A stretch of DNA of 64,000 nucleotides from assembly GCF_964194155.1 (NCBI RefSeq), contig NC_135901.1, positions 27,962,001 to 28,026,000 of the forward strand. Reading direction: 5' to 3'. Below the pieces are notes generated by a model. That model was not told the DNA's origin. It did not search any database and saw nothing but the letters and a program-made list of their open reading frames with translations. Below are positions 11,866 to 23,537 of the stretch, piece by piece. The stretch's first letter is position 1, and every line of letters begins with the position of its first letter. Source of the DNA: Cetorhinus maximus (taxonomy: Eukaryota). A program made the translations under genes and the position numbers.

Positions 11866-12781
11866 ATTGTAATATGGTACATATTAGACTTGATATTTAT
11901 GGTTCAGGAATAAAGTACATTTATTATTATTTCTAGTCTTTTAATATATGTAGGTGTGTACGTATTTAATATATTTTTGGCTGTGTCTTCAAGTTCATTT
12001 ATTATTTCTAGTCTTGTAATATAGTACAGGAGCTACCTTATATATTTCCAGCCTTACCTTCATTACAACACAGAAAGAGTCCATTTGGAAACTCAAGTCC
12101 AAGATCGTGACCACGCGCTAAATAAATAAAGTTCTTCCTCGCATTCCCCCTGTATCTCTCACCAGTAAATATACTTGTATGAGAATTTTCATTTTCACAG
12201 GAGTCAGTGAGCATGCGTTTTTTGATCAGCATGAATCGGCACCTTCAGGAGAATTGGGAGGGTGCACATTCGGTGCAGCAGAGTAAGAACGGAGGGAGAG
12301 TGTGTGGGATACAGATTGACAGCTTTTGGGGAATGAGAGAGGAAAGAATTCTCCATACAAAGTAGAATTGTTGTTTCTGAATTTCTGTCCTGTACTGACA
12401 GTGATGAATTTTGTAAACACCTTTTACAGAAGGGGATTTGCAGACAGAAATCTCAATGTAAACATCACATCAAGATCTGAGAGAGCAACCCATTTCATCA
12501 GGACCTGAATATCACCAGCCTTTGAATCCAGAAGGAGAAATGTTTGTCTGCTCTGTCAGCCTCAATCAGTTTTAAACGTCTGTGTGACTGGAAAAGCACC
12601 AAGACACACACACCCGAGTGAGAATGTTTCCAGTGCACTGACTGTGAAAAGGGCTTTCACCAGTTACACAGACTAAAAAAAAATCACCATTCACAGTGAG
12701 GAGAGACATTGTACATGTTCTGTGCATGGACGAGGCTTCAACTGACCGTTGGACCTGGAGAGACACAAAGACAGCTGCACC

Positions 12782-13372
12782 ATGGAGAAACCATGGAAAT
12801 GTGGGGACTGTGGGAAGGGATTCAGATGCCCATCTGAGCTGGAAATTCATAGACGCAGTCACACTGGGGAGAGGCCGTTCACCTGCTCTGTGGGTGGAAA
12901 GGGTTTCAGTCATTTATCCAACATAATGTCGCACAAACTAGTTCACACCGGTGAGAGATGGTTCACCTGCTCTGAGTGTGGGAAGAAATTCAGATCCCCA
13001 TCTAAGCTGAAGATTCACCGATGCACTCACACCGGGGAGAGGCCATTCACCTGCTTTGAGTGTGGGAAGGGATTCAGTCAGTTATCAAACCTGCAGACAC
13101 ACCGGCGAGTTCACACTGGGGAGAGGCCATTCACCTGTTCTGCGTGTGGGAAGGGATTCAGTGATTCATCTGGCCTGCGGACAAATCAGCGAGTTCTCAC
13201 TGGGGAGAGGCCGTACACCTGCTCTGAGTGTGAGAAGGGATTCAGAGATTCATCCAGCCTGCTGACTCACCAGCGAGTTCACACAGAGGAAAGGCCGTTC
13301 ATCTGTCCTGTGTGCGGGAAGGGCTTCAATCAGTCAAGCAACCTCCTGCGACACCAGCGAGTTCAAAAATGA
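12782..13372 (+). CDS. C2H2 ZNF gene C, 196 aa, 7 finger units (about 4 with all ligands)
   Basis: ACCATGG Kozak, open frame, TGERP linkers; branch point TACTGAC and acceptor TTTTACAG at 12428-12429. Confidence 0.8.
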   Translation: MEKPWKCGDCGKGFRCPSELEIHRRSHTGERPFTCSVGGKGFSHLSNIMSHKLVHTGERWFTCSECGKKFRSPSKLKIHRCTHTGERPFTCFECGKGFSQLSNLQTHRRVHTGERPFTCSACGKGFSDSSGLRTNQRVLTGERPYTCSECEKGFRDSSSLLTHQRVHTEERPFICPVCGKGFNQSSNLLRHQRVQK

Positions 13373-13639
13373 TTACAGGAGTTGGATTCTGCTGTTATTG
13401 CTGCTGTTATTCACATCCAGGACTGAACCATGTTCATTCTGACACTTGGCAAAGTGGGAGGGTCGATGGGTTTCTTTCCGCTGGTCTGGCCGATCTCACG
13501 ACTTTGCTTCCAGTGGGCTGATGCTCTTTGAGCCTGGGAGTGCACATTTCCACTGAAATGATCCACAAAAGCTGATGAAGTACATTTATTTTACCCTAGA
13601 TAGTAAGTAATGATTTTCTTACGACTGGAGGTAAATCTA

Positions 13640-14730
13640 AAAGAAGTACATTTGTCTCTGTTCCATTGAGTCTACAGCACTGGGCCAGGCCAGTTGGCTC
13701 AATTGGTCTCTGTCAGTATTTATGCTCCACATGAGCCTCCACCCACCCCTCTTCTCCCCCCATCAGCACATCCTTCTATTCCTTTCTCCCTCATGTATGT
13801 ATCTAGCTTCCCCTTAAATGTATTCATGCGATTCACCTCAACCACTCACTGTGGTAGCAAGTTCCACATTCTCACCACTCACTGGGTAAAGAGGTTTCTC
13901 ATGAAATCCCTATTGGTTTATTGATCCCCTTCATCATCTTAAAGACTTCCGTCAGGTCACCCTTCAGTCTTCTCTTTTGTAGAGAAAAGCAGCCGCAGCC
14001 TTTCCTGAGGGTTAAATGCTCTCAGTTCTGGAATTATTCTTATGAATCTTTGTTGCCCCTTCTCCAGTGCCTCTATTTCATTTTTCTAAACGGAGATGAC
14101 AAATATTGACAGTACTCCCAGTGTAGGCTAACCATGGTTCGAAACAAGTTGAACATAACCTCCCTGCTTTTCAATTCTATCCCTCTAGAATGGAACCTAT
14201 ATCTGGGCCCCATACTTTTGGAAAGATGTGAAGTTCTTAGAGAGGGTGCAGAGAAGATTTACGAAAATGGCACCAGAGGTGAGGGACTTCAGTTATTTGG
14301 AGAGATTGCAGCAGCTTCAAATGTTCTCTTTTGATCATTGAGTCATCAGGGAAGAAAATGGGGTCATTCTGTCTTTCGAGTCCATGATAGCTCTATATAG
14401 AGCAAACCAGTCAGTCCCATTGCTCCGTGGTATCCCCATAGCCTGGCAAGTTTATTTCCCTGTAGTGCCCATCCAATTTCATTTCAATTTCGCTCATCTC
14501 CTCTGTTTCCACCACACTCAAAGGCAGCGAGTTCCAGGACATTACCACTCGCTGTGTAAAAATGTTCCTCCTCACATCCCCCTGCATCTCCTGCCCAAAA
14601 CCCGAAATCTCTGTCCCCCTCATCCTTGTACCATCAGCGAATGTCTGCCTTATTTAAACCTGTCATAATTTTGTACACCTCTATCAAATCTCCCCTCAAC
14701 CTCCTTTGCTCCAAGGAGAACAACCCCAGT
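13640..14730. mobile_element. Patchwork of decayed CR1 3' fragments (mostly minus strand)
   Basis: RRNIFTQRVVMSWNSLP and related motifs; similar patchwork at 19600-19980, 24830-25640 and 55200-56295. Confidence 0.65.
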
Positions 14731-16349
14731 TGGACATCAAAAATAAAATATGTTCATGCCTGACATCAAATGTGAATGGTGAATTTCTGTTTTGAAAATA
14801 TTATGAATATATTGTACTGGACAGTAAAGGAATTGGAATGACTCACCTTGGGTGTCGCTCAGTGGAATATATCAATCTGGTATCCACCTACATTCTAGTG
14901 AAAGGCAAGAAAGTGGAGATCAGATGAATAATTTGATATCTTATCTTGGAAATATTTGTTTCCTTTGAGAATGATTTAAAAAAAAAGAAAACCACATTTG
15001 ACAGCCTGGCCAACACTGAAATATCAGGACCATAATGGGGAGAGATAAGCAAAGGCAGACACTCACTTTGATCTTTTGATAAAGCACACCTGAAAGTTCA
15101 GAATATGTGGCCTGACATTGGGATACCGGTGTGAGTGTGCAGATGTGATTTGTTACATGTGAAGACAATAGCACGCGTAAATTCATGGTGAAGTGGACTG
15201 AAGACTGGGTCCCAAACATATACAGATACTTGACAAACAGCCTGACATCAAATGGTTAATGTGGCCAGGGGAATGAGACAACATTTTGACACCATCAAGG
15301 CACTGATACACACTCCAGAGAGAAACTAACTTTAAAACTTTAAAACACATTGGTCATGGTCAAAAAATAAGTAAAATTGAAGTAACAGATAAACATTTTG
15401 GTTGGGACAATTAAGGGCTTGGGAGAAATAATACTGAGTGAGAACTCTCCACAAGTTGGACAGGGTAAGGAGAGAGCTGGAGAATCTTTTACATCCATGC
15501 TTGATCTGTAGCTGGAAGCATACGTCCTTATGTACTAGTAACCTAGAACTCACGGCGCTCCTTCAGGAGAAGAAAAGATCGAGCAGATGTTACCCCTGGC
15601 GGGGCCAGAACAGAACTAGAAAATAACAGAGTGAAATTGAGTGAGGGGTCAGAGAGAGAGTTCTCCTCCCTCTCAAGGTGTGGACTGTAAGAATCCCGGG
15701 GGACCCCCTACTTCAGGTGTTCTTGCTAATTAGTGGACACTGAATTAAAAACTATGACTGGCTGTGCATTGATTTTTAATTTGATTGTTACAGTTCTCCT
15801 GTTTTTATTCCTGTTGTGATTGCTCTCTGGGTGAGGATAGTTGAAAGGTGACAGGATCGGAAATTGTGGTTTGGAATACTGACTCTCTGTACTGGGGACG
15901 GAGCGTGGGAAGCCAATTGTTTGAGAGTTTGACGTGGCTTGGGCGAGTACAGATGGTTCAATGACAGGTTTTGTAATTGATCCATTCAAATGTTAGCTCG
16001 GCAATGATTCGATTAAATCAGTCTCCATAGACTTTGTGATGTAAAAAAGTATCAGAAGGGATTCCCCGAGCACAGAGATTTGTAGAGGTTTTACATATTG
16101 CATTGACTGGTGCCATGGCATCTGGGGCAGACCAGGGAGCATTTACGTGGAGATGGTGCTTCTACACAGAGTGTAATGGTAATGCTGCTGCACTTTGATA
16201 CTACTGCTCAGACATGAGCATGTGTAAGGTCTTATTTATACTGAATAAAATCTAACCACTGTCACCAATATGGGTTATCACTGTGAATCATTTCAGAGTT
16301 TGGGAAAAGGGGTAAACAGTTAATTGACCCCCTGACCCCCATTTTCTAA

Positions 16350-16890
16350 CATCGCTGTGTCAAAAATAAATTCTCATCTCCCCTTCTGGCTCCTTTGCCA
16401 ATTACCTTAGAGGGACTCACTCTCTGTAAAAGAGCCTGCCAACCCCTCTCATCCACTTTCCCTGAAGTGCATAAATCTAATCATGAAAAGTCCAGAAAAA
16501 TCAAATATTTTTACTGATAAAAGTTTATTAATGAAACAGAACATGGTTAAACAAACAGAAAATTACTTGAAGATCAAAGACAACCAGAGTAAAATGATGT
16601 GCACAATGTTCTGGACCCAAATGATTTCTCTTTAATTTGTCTGTCCCGTGTTCCCTGCCCTCTTTGTGGAACACCTCTGCTCAGTCCACAAGCATGACCC
16701 TGACCTTCCAGTTGCTGCCATTATAATTCACCACCTTGCTCTCATGCTCACATTTCTGTCCTCGGCCTGCTGTAATGTTCCTGAGAAGCCCAACACAAGC
16801 TGAACGAACAGCACCTCATCCTCCGATGAGGCACTTTACAGCCTTCTGGACTCAACATTGAGTTCAACAACTTCAGACCATCAACTCTGT
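16350..16890 (+). repeat. Copy of the ZNF downstream module including a decayed Penelope GIY-YIG C-terminus
   Basis: Homologous to 28700-29230, 57930-58460 and (inverted) 35550-36090; EHLCSVHKHDPDLPVA. Confidence 0.75.
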
Positions 16891-17283
16891 CCTCCGTTTG
16901 GATCTATTTTTTGTGGCTGCGTTTGCTGCCAACGTGGGGCATGCTCAGTGTTACCACTTCACGCAGTGATGTCATTGTGAGTGACAGAGATCAGAACTCT
17001 ACGCATTCCCCCAACCTCAGTGTGATACTCATCCTCTCCAGTTAGTTTCTCCCTGTTTTTAAACCAATTTCAAACTTGCAGTAATCCTAATGAGAACTGA
17101 AACTGAAGAACAAAATTCAATGAACAATCCTAGAGAGTGGATTTTGGACCCAGAAAGGGCTATTTCATTCAGAACAAAATCCAATACCCATTTTCCCCTT
17201 GGTCATTTCCTTTAGTTTTATCTGTTCATTAATTTAAAAGTTTAATTCACTCACCAAAATGGCCAGTGATTTACCTTTGCTAC

Positions 17284-18110
17284 TGTTAGACCAGGATAAA
17301 AGAGCCTTTAAGCACATTCTTTCAATAAACTCAGAATGATTGATTTATTATATAAAAAATATTTTTAAAAACAATTTGCAAGAACTGGTTAACAGGCAAT
17401 TATAATCTGGAATTGTAACTATCAATCCCATTTAAAATACTCCAGGTCACACACAAACTAAGGACAAACAGACAGGGTCTCTGCAGAGATGGGCTTTGGA
17501 GAATAGATTTCATGAAGAAATAGGATAAAGACTGGAAGGTTTTGAGACAGTTGATCTTGAATTCGCTCATGTGAAGACAGAACCCTAGTTCCAGTAGATC
17601 CCTGGAGCTTCGGCGTGGAGGAAAGTAGAGCTGGATCAATCCTTCTCCTCTCAGCCTCTCGTTTTCCAAAGACAGACAATTTCCACCGAGATGAGGATTC
17701 TTAGCTGGATACTGTTAACCAATCTACTTGTGGCTAGACGAGGAGAATGTGAGCATGGCAGCTTTTCACTTTCTCCATTCAGTCCCAACTGAATTTAAAA
17801 AAAGCAAGTTAAAAATTTAAAGCTCACCTCTGTCATGTGGTTTCCAGTAAATTACTCGCCTTTGTCTTTAAACCAGTTTCTTTCCCCCATCCATGTAAAT
17901 AAGTGCAGTGCAAACAAGCAAACACTTCTTTCCCCCTCAAGTACCCTGCTGGTCAGGTGATTTCTTGGAAAAGTCATGCTTGCTCCCAGCCCAAAGCTAA
18001 ACTATTGACCCTTTTAAAAGAAACCCAGGTCAGCTTCCAAATCCACTGATAATGCTGTGTCCTTCCATATTGTGAACGAAAATATTGTCCTGGAAAATAT
18101 GTTTCTAATA
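17284..18110. mobile_element. Putative solo LTR
   Basis: TGTTAGA...TCTAATA termini, internal TTTATT (AATAAA on minus); no TSD seen. Confidence 0.35.
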
Positions 18111-18111
18111 T

Positions 18112-18560
18112 GTGTCAGCTGTGGCTCACACTCTCACCTCTGAGTCAGAAGGTTCAAGTCCCAGTCCAGAGCCCCGAGAGCAAAAATCACATCCAACATT
18201 CCAAGTGCCAGCACTGAGGGAGTGCTGCACTGTGGGAGCTGCTTCCTTTTGGATGAGACACAAACCCAATGGCCCCATCTCCTGTTTCTTTTGGACTTAG
18301 AAGATCCTGTGGCCAATATTTTGAAGAAGAGCAGGGGAGTTTTCTCCAGTGTCCTGGTCAATATTCATCTCTCAATCAACATCACCAAAAACATATCATC
18401 TGGTCATTATCACATTGCTGTTTGTGGGATCTTGCTGTGTGTGATTGGTTGCCACGCTTCCTAAATTACAACAATGACTGCACTTCAAAAGTATTTCATT
18501 GGCTGTAAAGCACTTTGGGGTGTATTGTGGACGTGAAAGGTGCTATATAAAGGCAAGTTT
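18112..18560 (+). mobile_element. tRNA-derived SINE (DeuSINE/SacSINE1-like), near full length
   Basis: tRNA-like head, central GAAGAAGAGCAGGGGAGTT...CACATTGCTGTTTGTGGGA block, L2-type tail GCTATATAAA. Confidence 0.8.
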
Positions 18561-19379
18561 TTAAATTTAAAATTTATGTCACCTGATCTTGTTATCTGTA
18601 ATTTAATTGATTTCAGCCACCCCCAACTTGCCATTTAATAAATTCACTTTGGTTCAGACAAGATTTTAACCAATTAAGGCAAAGGCAGAATTCTCTGGAT
18701 AGTAAATTTTAAAAGAAGTTTATTAAAATAAAAATGTTTACTTAACAACTTTAAGACATTGACTTTTATAACTTCATGTGGGTGATCAGTCTGTGGAAGC
18801 ATAAAACTCTCTGGCTCTTTCTTTGATAGTAATTCTTGTGGAATTTGCCCTCGGGAGTCTGGCTCCTTCTCTGACAGTAATTTCCTTGGAACTCGGCCTC
18901 GGGAGTCTTCAGTACTTAGCTAGCAAGGGAGACCTTCAGAACCTCTACTTTTATCCCCAAAGTGACCATTACCTCACGTCAGAGTTGGGCCTGTTGTAAC
19001 ATGACAATTGGTCAGTTTGGTTACTAGATTAATTTAATTGGATCCCCAATTACTTACACCACCTTCTCTCATTATCTTAGACAGGAATACAATAGAACTG
19101 TTTCATACTATCCCTTTATCTGATTCTATACCATCCCTTATTCATACAGATTCAAATGTTGAGGCTAATCGGAGGTTGAAGGTCTCTCTTGCCAGTACAT
19201 TTATCATCACTGCACATTCTTTACATACAAGCAATTAAGATTTTACATGTTTACAGAAAATAAAATTCAAAGTCTTTTACTCAACTACTGATTCATTATT
19301 GATTCATTAATTGTAACTCAGTTCAGGCCGACTACTTATTCAATCATCTGTTACTGACTGGTAGTTAATTAAAGCAGTA

Positions 19380-19600
19380 ATTGCTGAAAAAAGAGATGTC
19401 GAAGCTTTTCATCTTCCACTCATCAGGACATTCGCAAGAATACCGAATGTAAAGGGAACAACAATTTATGCTTTGTGAGAAGAGAGTGCTGCTTGGAGGG
19501 AAAGTGGACACTAGTTGGAAGAGGTGTTGCCATGGATAATGCACCAATTAACTGATGACTGACAGTTAATTGCCAAGCTTTGTTTAAATTCAGGTTGACT
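19380..19600 (-). mobile_element. Short Penelope-related / retrozyme-like repeat
   Basis: Carries a hammerhead motif; a second, diverged copy lies at 26990-27178 (+). Confidence 0.55.
19396..19431 (-). ncRNA. Minimal type I hammerhead ribozyme with canonical core
   Basis: Minus strand reads ATGTC-CTGATGA-GTGGAAGAT-GAAA-AGCT-TC-GACAT: 5-bp stem I, CUGAUGA and GAAA boxes, AAGCTT palindrome, UUC site; stem II weak. Confidence 0.65.
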
Positions 19601-20104
19601 CTGGTCCAGTCTCTCCAATGAACTGAAGTCCCTCATCCCCGTTGCCATTCTTGTAAATTTCCCCTGCACCCTCTCGAAGAACTTCACATCTTTCCTAAAC
19701 TGTAGGGCCCAGATCTAGGGTTCCATTCTAGAGGGATAGAATTGAAAAGCAGGGAGGTTATGTTCAACTTGTTTCGAACAATGGTTAGACTACACTGGAA
19801 GTAATGTCAATATTTGTGATCTCCATTTAGAAAAAGGAAATAGAGGCACTGGAGAAGTGACAGGAAGGATTCACAAGAATAATACCATAGCTGAGAGCAT
19901 TTAACCCTCAGGAAAGACTGAGGCTGCTTTTCTCCAGAAAAGAGAAGACTGAAGGGTGACCTTTAAGATCCTGAAGGGGTTCAATTGAAATTCAATGAAA
20001 TTAAAACCATCCACCCTTCCCAGTTCACCAACTGTCAGAATGAACATGGTTCAGTCCTGGATGTGATTAACAGCAGCAATAACAGCAGAATCCAGCCCTT
20101 GTAA

Positions 20105-20443
20105 TCACTTGCTAACTCGCTGGTGTCTCAGCAGGTGGCATGACTGCGTGAATGTCTTCCCAAACTCAGGGCAGGCGTACGGCCTCTCCCCAGTGTGAGC
20201 TCGCTGGTGTGTCGGCAGGTAGTACGCATCACTGAATCCCTTCCCACACTCAGAGCAGGTGAATGGCCTCTCCCCAGTGTGAATTTGCTGGTGTGTCAGC
20301 AGGGCAGATGAGTGAGTGAATCCCTTCCCACACTCAGAGCAGGTGAATGGTCTCTCCCCGGTGTGATTGCGTCGATGAGTTTCAAGAGCAGATGGGAAAA
20401 GGAACCCCTTCCCACAGTCCCCACATGTCCACGGTTTCTCCAT
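20105..20443 (-). CDS. C2H2 ZNF gene D, 112 aa, 3 intact fingers plus 1 degenerate
   Basis: [17 protein letters not shown]; acceptor 20785-20786; exon-1 donor 21304; 5' module partly deleted, so expression is uncertain. Confidence 0.65.
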   Translation of the reverse strand: MEKPWTCGDCGKGFLFPSALETHRRNHTGERPFTCSECGKGFTHSSALLTHQQIHTGERPFTCSECGKGFSDAYYLPTHQRAHTGERPYACPEFGKTFTQSCHLLRHQRVSK

Positions 20444-21205
20444 GGTGTGGATGTCCTTGTGTCTCTCTTTTTCGATGATCAGTTGAAGCCGCACCCACAA
20501 ACAGAACACATGTACGGTCTCTCCGCTCTGTGAATAGTGCGATATTTTTCAGTCTGTGTAACTGGTTAAAACTGTTTCCACAGTAAGTGAACGGGAACAC
20601 TCTCACTCGGGTGTGTGTGTCTTGATGTTATTTCTGTCACAAGGATGTTTAAAATCTTCTGAAGCAAACAGAACTGACAAAATTTTCTCCTAGATTCAAG
20701 GCTGCTGATAGTCAAGTCCTGCTGAATCGAGTCACTCTGTCACGTTGTCTGGTATCTGTCTGTAAATCATCTGCTTCCGATATCCTGCAACAGTTATTTA
20801 CAAAAGTCATCACTGTCAATGCATGGCAGAAATTCAGAACAGACAATTCTAGTTTCCTGGAACAAATCTTTCCTCTCTCATACCCCAAAATCTGTAAATC
20901 TCGGTCCCACGCACTTTCCCTCCATTCGCAATCTGCTGGATTTATATGCACACTCCCAATTCTCCTGAAGGTGTTGTTCATGCTGATCGACAGATCCATG
21001 CTATACCGCTTCCTATCCAGAACACAGGGATCTGAAATCATCATGCAGGCTGAAAGAAACAGAAATGTTCACTCATTCATGCTCATCGACAGATCCAGGC
21101 TCTCTGCCTCCTGTCCTGGACACAATACACCAGAAAATGCAGTCTGCAAGCCATATATATATATGTATATCTATATGGCTGGACTAAATATGTTTACAAC
21201 ATAAT

Positions 21206-21540
21206 GGATTTACTTCCATTCCCTTCAGTTCCTGCAAGTCAACAATTTGCCCCCAGAATGAGAAAAGAAATGGAAAGGGGGAGAAAAGAAAGTGTTTTAC
21301 TCACAGATGTTGGACACAGGAGGAAGTTTTAGTCTGAAGCTCATTCTCCAACTTCCGCATTGTGACGTCCACAATGGAACCCTGCCTGAATCAGCCAATT
21401 GGAATCACTGCTCCGTGGTGATGTCCTCGGGTTCCAGTCTGTAGGCCAGGTGCGTGGACACGGGAGCCCCGCCCCCACCCATTGTTACCCCTCCACCTCC
21501 CCCTCCTCGAGCCAAGGTTTCCAGGCAACCGGCTGACGGC
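21206..21540 (-). promoter_or_regulatory. Truncated 5' module of gene D plus CpG-rich divergent promoter core
   Basis: Donor retained, proximal CCAAT deleted; 21360-21540 is homologous to 32084-32267 (TGACGT, CCAAT, GC box). Confidence 0.6.
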
Positions 21541-21544
21541 AACT

Positions 21545-22378
21545 CAAAAACAGAAACAGAAATACCTGGAAAAACTCAGCAGGTCTGGCAACATCGGCAG
21601 AGAAGAGCACAGTTGACGTTTCGAGTCTTCATGACCCTTCAACAGAACTAAGTAAAAATAGGAAAGGGGTGAAATATAAGCTGGTTTAAGGGTGGGGGGG
21701 TGGGGTTGTTGGGACAAGAAGCCAGTAATAGGTGGAGATAACCAAAAGATGTCACAGACAAAAGGACAAAGAGGTGTTGAAGGTGGTGATATTATCTAAA
21801 GGAATGTGCTAATTAAGAGTAGAAAGCAGGACAAACAAGGTACAGATAGCTCTAGTGGGGGTGGGGTGGGGTGAAGGAATACTCAAAAGGCTAAAAGATA
21901 GAGATAAACAATGGGTGGAAATACATTTAAAAATAATGGAAATAGGTGGGATAAGAAAAATCTATATAAATTATTGGAAAAAAGAGAGAGGAAGGGGAAG
22001 AAACGGAAAGGGGGTGGGGATGGAGGAGAGAGTTCATGATCTAAAATTGTTGAACTAAATATTCAGTCCGGAAGGTTGTAAAGTGCCTAGTCGGAAGATG
22101 AGGTGCTGTTCCTCCAGTTTGCTTTGAGCTTCACTGGAACAATTCAGCAAGCCAAGGACAGACATGTGGGCATGAGAGCAGGGTGGAGTGTTGAAATGGC
22201 AAGCGACAGGGAGGTCTGGGTAATGCTTGCGGACAGACCGAAGGTGTTCTGCAAAGCGGTCACCCAGTCTGCGTTTGGTCTCTCCAATGTAGAGGAAACC
22301 ACATTGGGAGCAACGAATGCATTAGACTAAGTTGAGGGAAGTGCAAGTGAAATGCTGCTTCACTTGAAAGGAGTGTTT
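21545..22378 (-). mobile_element. Penelope-like element 3' part (GIY-YIG endonuclease plus tail with hammerhead-like motif at 21611-21649)
   Basis: FQVKQHFTC...LYIGETKRRLGDRFAEHLRSV...LEEQHLIFRLGTLQPSGLNI with internal stops. Confidence 0.85.
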
Positions 22379-22710
22379 GTCCAACATCTGTGAGTAAAAC
22401 ACTTTCTTTTCTCCCCCTTTCCATTTCTTTTCTCATTCTGGGGGCAAATTGTTGACTTGCAGGAACTGAAGGGAAAGGAAGTGAATCCAGGGAGGGTGCA
22501 GATTCTGGAAAGGTTGGCCCAGGTCTCTCTCTCTCTCTCTCTTAAAGACATTGACATCCTTTGCTCCCTCAGCATGACACATTTATTTGTCTGGCGAAAA
22601 GGATGGTCTCTTTCCTAATGTTAACAATTAAAGGGGTGGTTTTCCCAAGAGATGGCTGACATTTAAGGGGACAGTAAATTAACATAGAACAGAGATATTT
22701 CTAGTGTTGT
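22379..22710 (+). promoter_or_regulatory. 5' module of gene E lacking its promoter and most of exon 1
   Basis: Penelope sequence abuts TCCAACATCT|GTGAGT (donor 22390). Confidence 0.7.
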
Positions 22711-23537
22711 TTACTGGTACTTATTAGATATATAATTTATGGTTCTGTAATAAAGTTGACATATTATTTCTAGTGCTGTAATATAGCATTGTATCTACGT
22801 TATATATTTCCAGTCATAGTCATTAGAGCACAGAAGGAGTCCATTCAGTAACTCGAGTCCATGCTAACTCTCTGTGGAGCAATCCAGTCAGTCCCATACC
22901 CCCTCTATATCCCCGTTCCTCTGCAAGTTTATTTCCTTCAAGTGTCCATCCAATTTCATTTTGAAATAATTGATTGTCTCCACTTCCACCACTGTCAGTA
23001 AATACAGTTATAGAAAGATTCTCAAATCTTTGGACAAGCAGACGTGAGCACCTTCAGGAGAATTGGGAGGATGGACATGAGGTACAACAGAGTGACAATG
23101 GAGTGAGAGTTTGTGGGAGACGGAGATTTACAGCTTTTAGGGAACGAGAGAGGAAAGGATGTTCCATAGAAACTAGACTTGTCTGTTCTGAATTACTATG
23201 CTGTACTGTCAGTGATAACTTTTGTGAACTCCTTTCACAGGATATTAGAAGCGGAGCATTTGCAGACAGAAATCTGAAATCCAAACATCATGCCAAGCAC
23301 TGCCAGAATCACTCAATTCATCATAATATGAATATCCTCGGCCTTTGAATCTAGAAGGAGAAATGTTTGCCGGTTCTGTCTGCTTCAAAATGTTTCAAAC
23401 ATCAGAGGGACCGGAAAGGACCTGAGACACATACACCGGAGTGAGAGTGTTTCCAATGCACTGATTGTGGCAAGAGCTTTAACTAGTTACACAGCCTGAA
23501 AGCATCGAACCTCGAAAGACAGAAGGATACGTGCACC

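Larger units (their letters stand above)
4515..17225 (+). repeat. Segmental duplication copy 1 (direct; partner 45790-58795)
   Basis: Colinear SINE, CR1 3' end, nested CR1, ZNF remnant, ZNF gene and unique flank with shared junctions. Confidence 0.9.

Noticed and set aside
12742-12744. Conserved in-frame TGA upstream of the ZNF start as selenocysteine or read-through
   Set aside because: It is TAA in G and AGA in F, other stops and frameshifts lie upstream, and no SECIS-like stem is visible in the 3' UTR; a shared CGA-to-TGA change is simpler.
14770-16340. Possible gene in the duplicated flank (87-aa ORF at 15726-15989 and 57301-57564)
   Set aside because: No recognisable domain or splice structure; many amino-acid changes between copies; probably an unclassified repeat.
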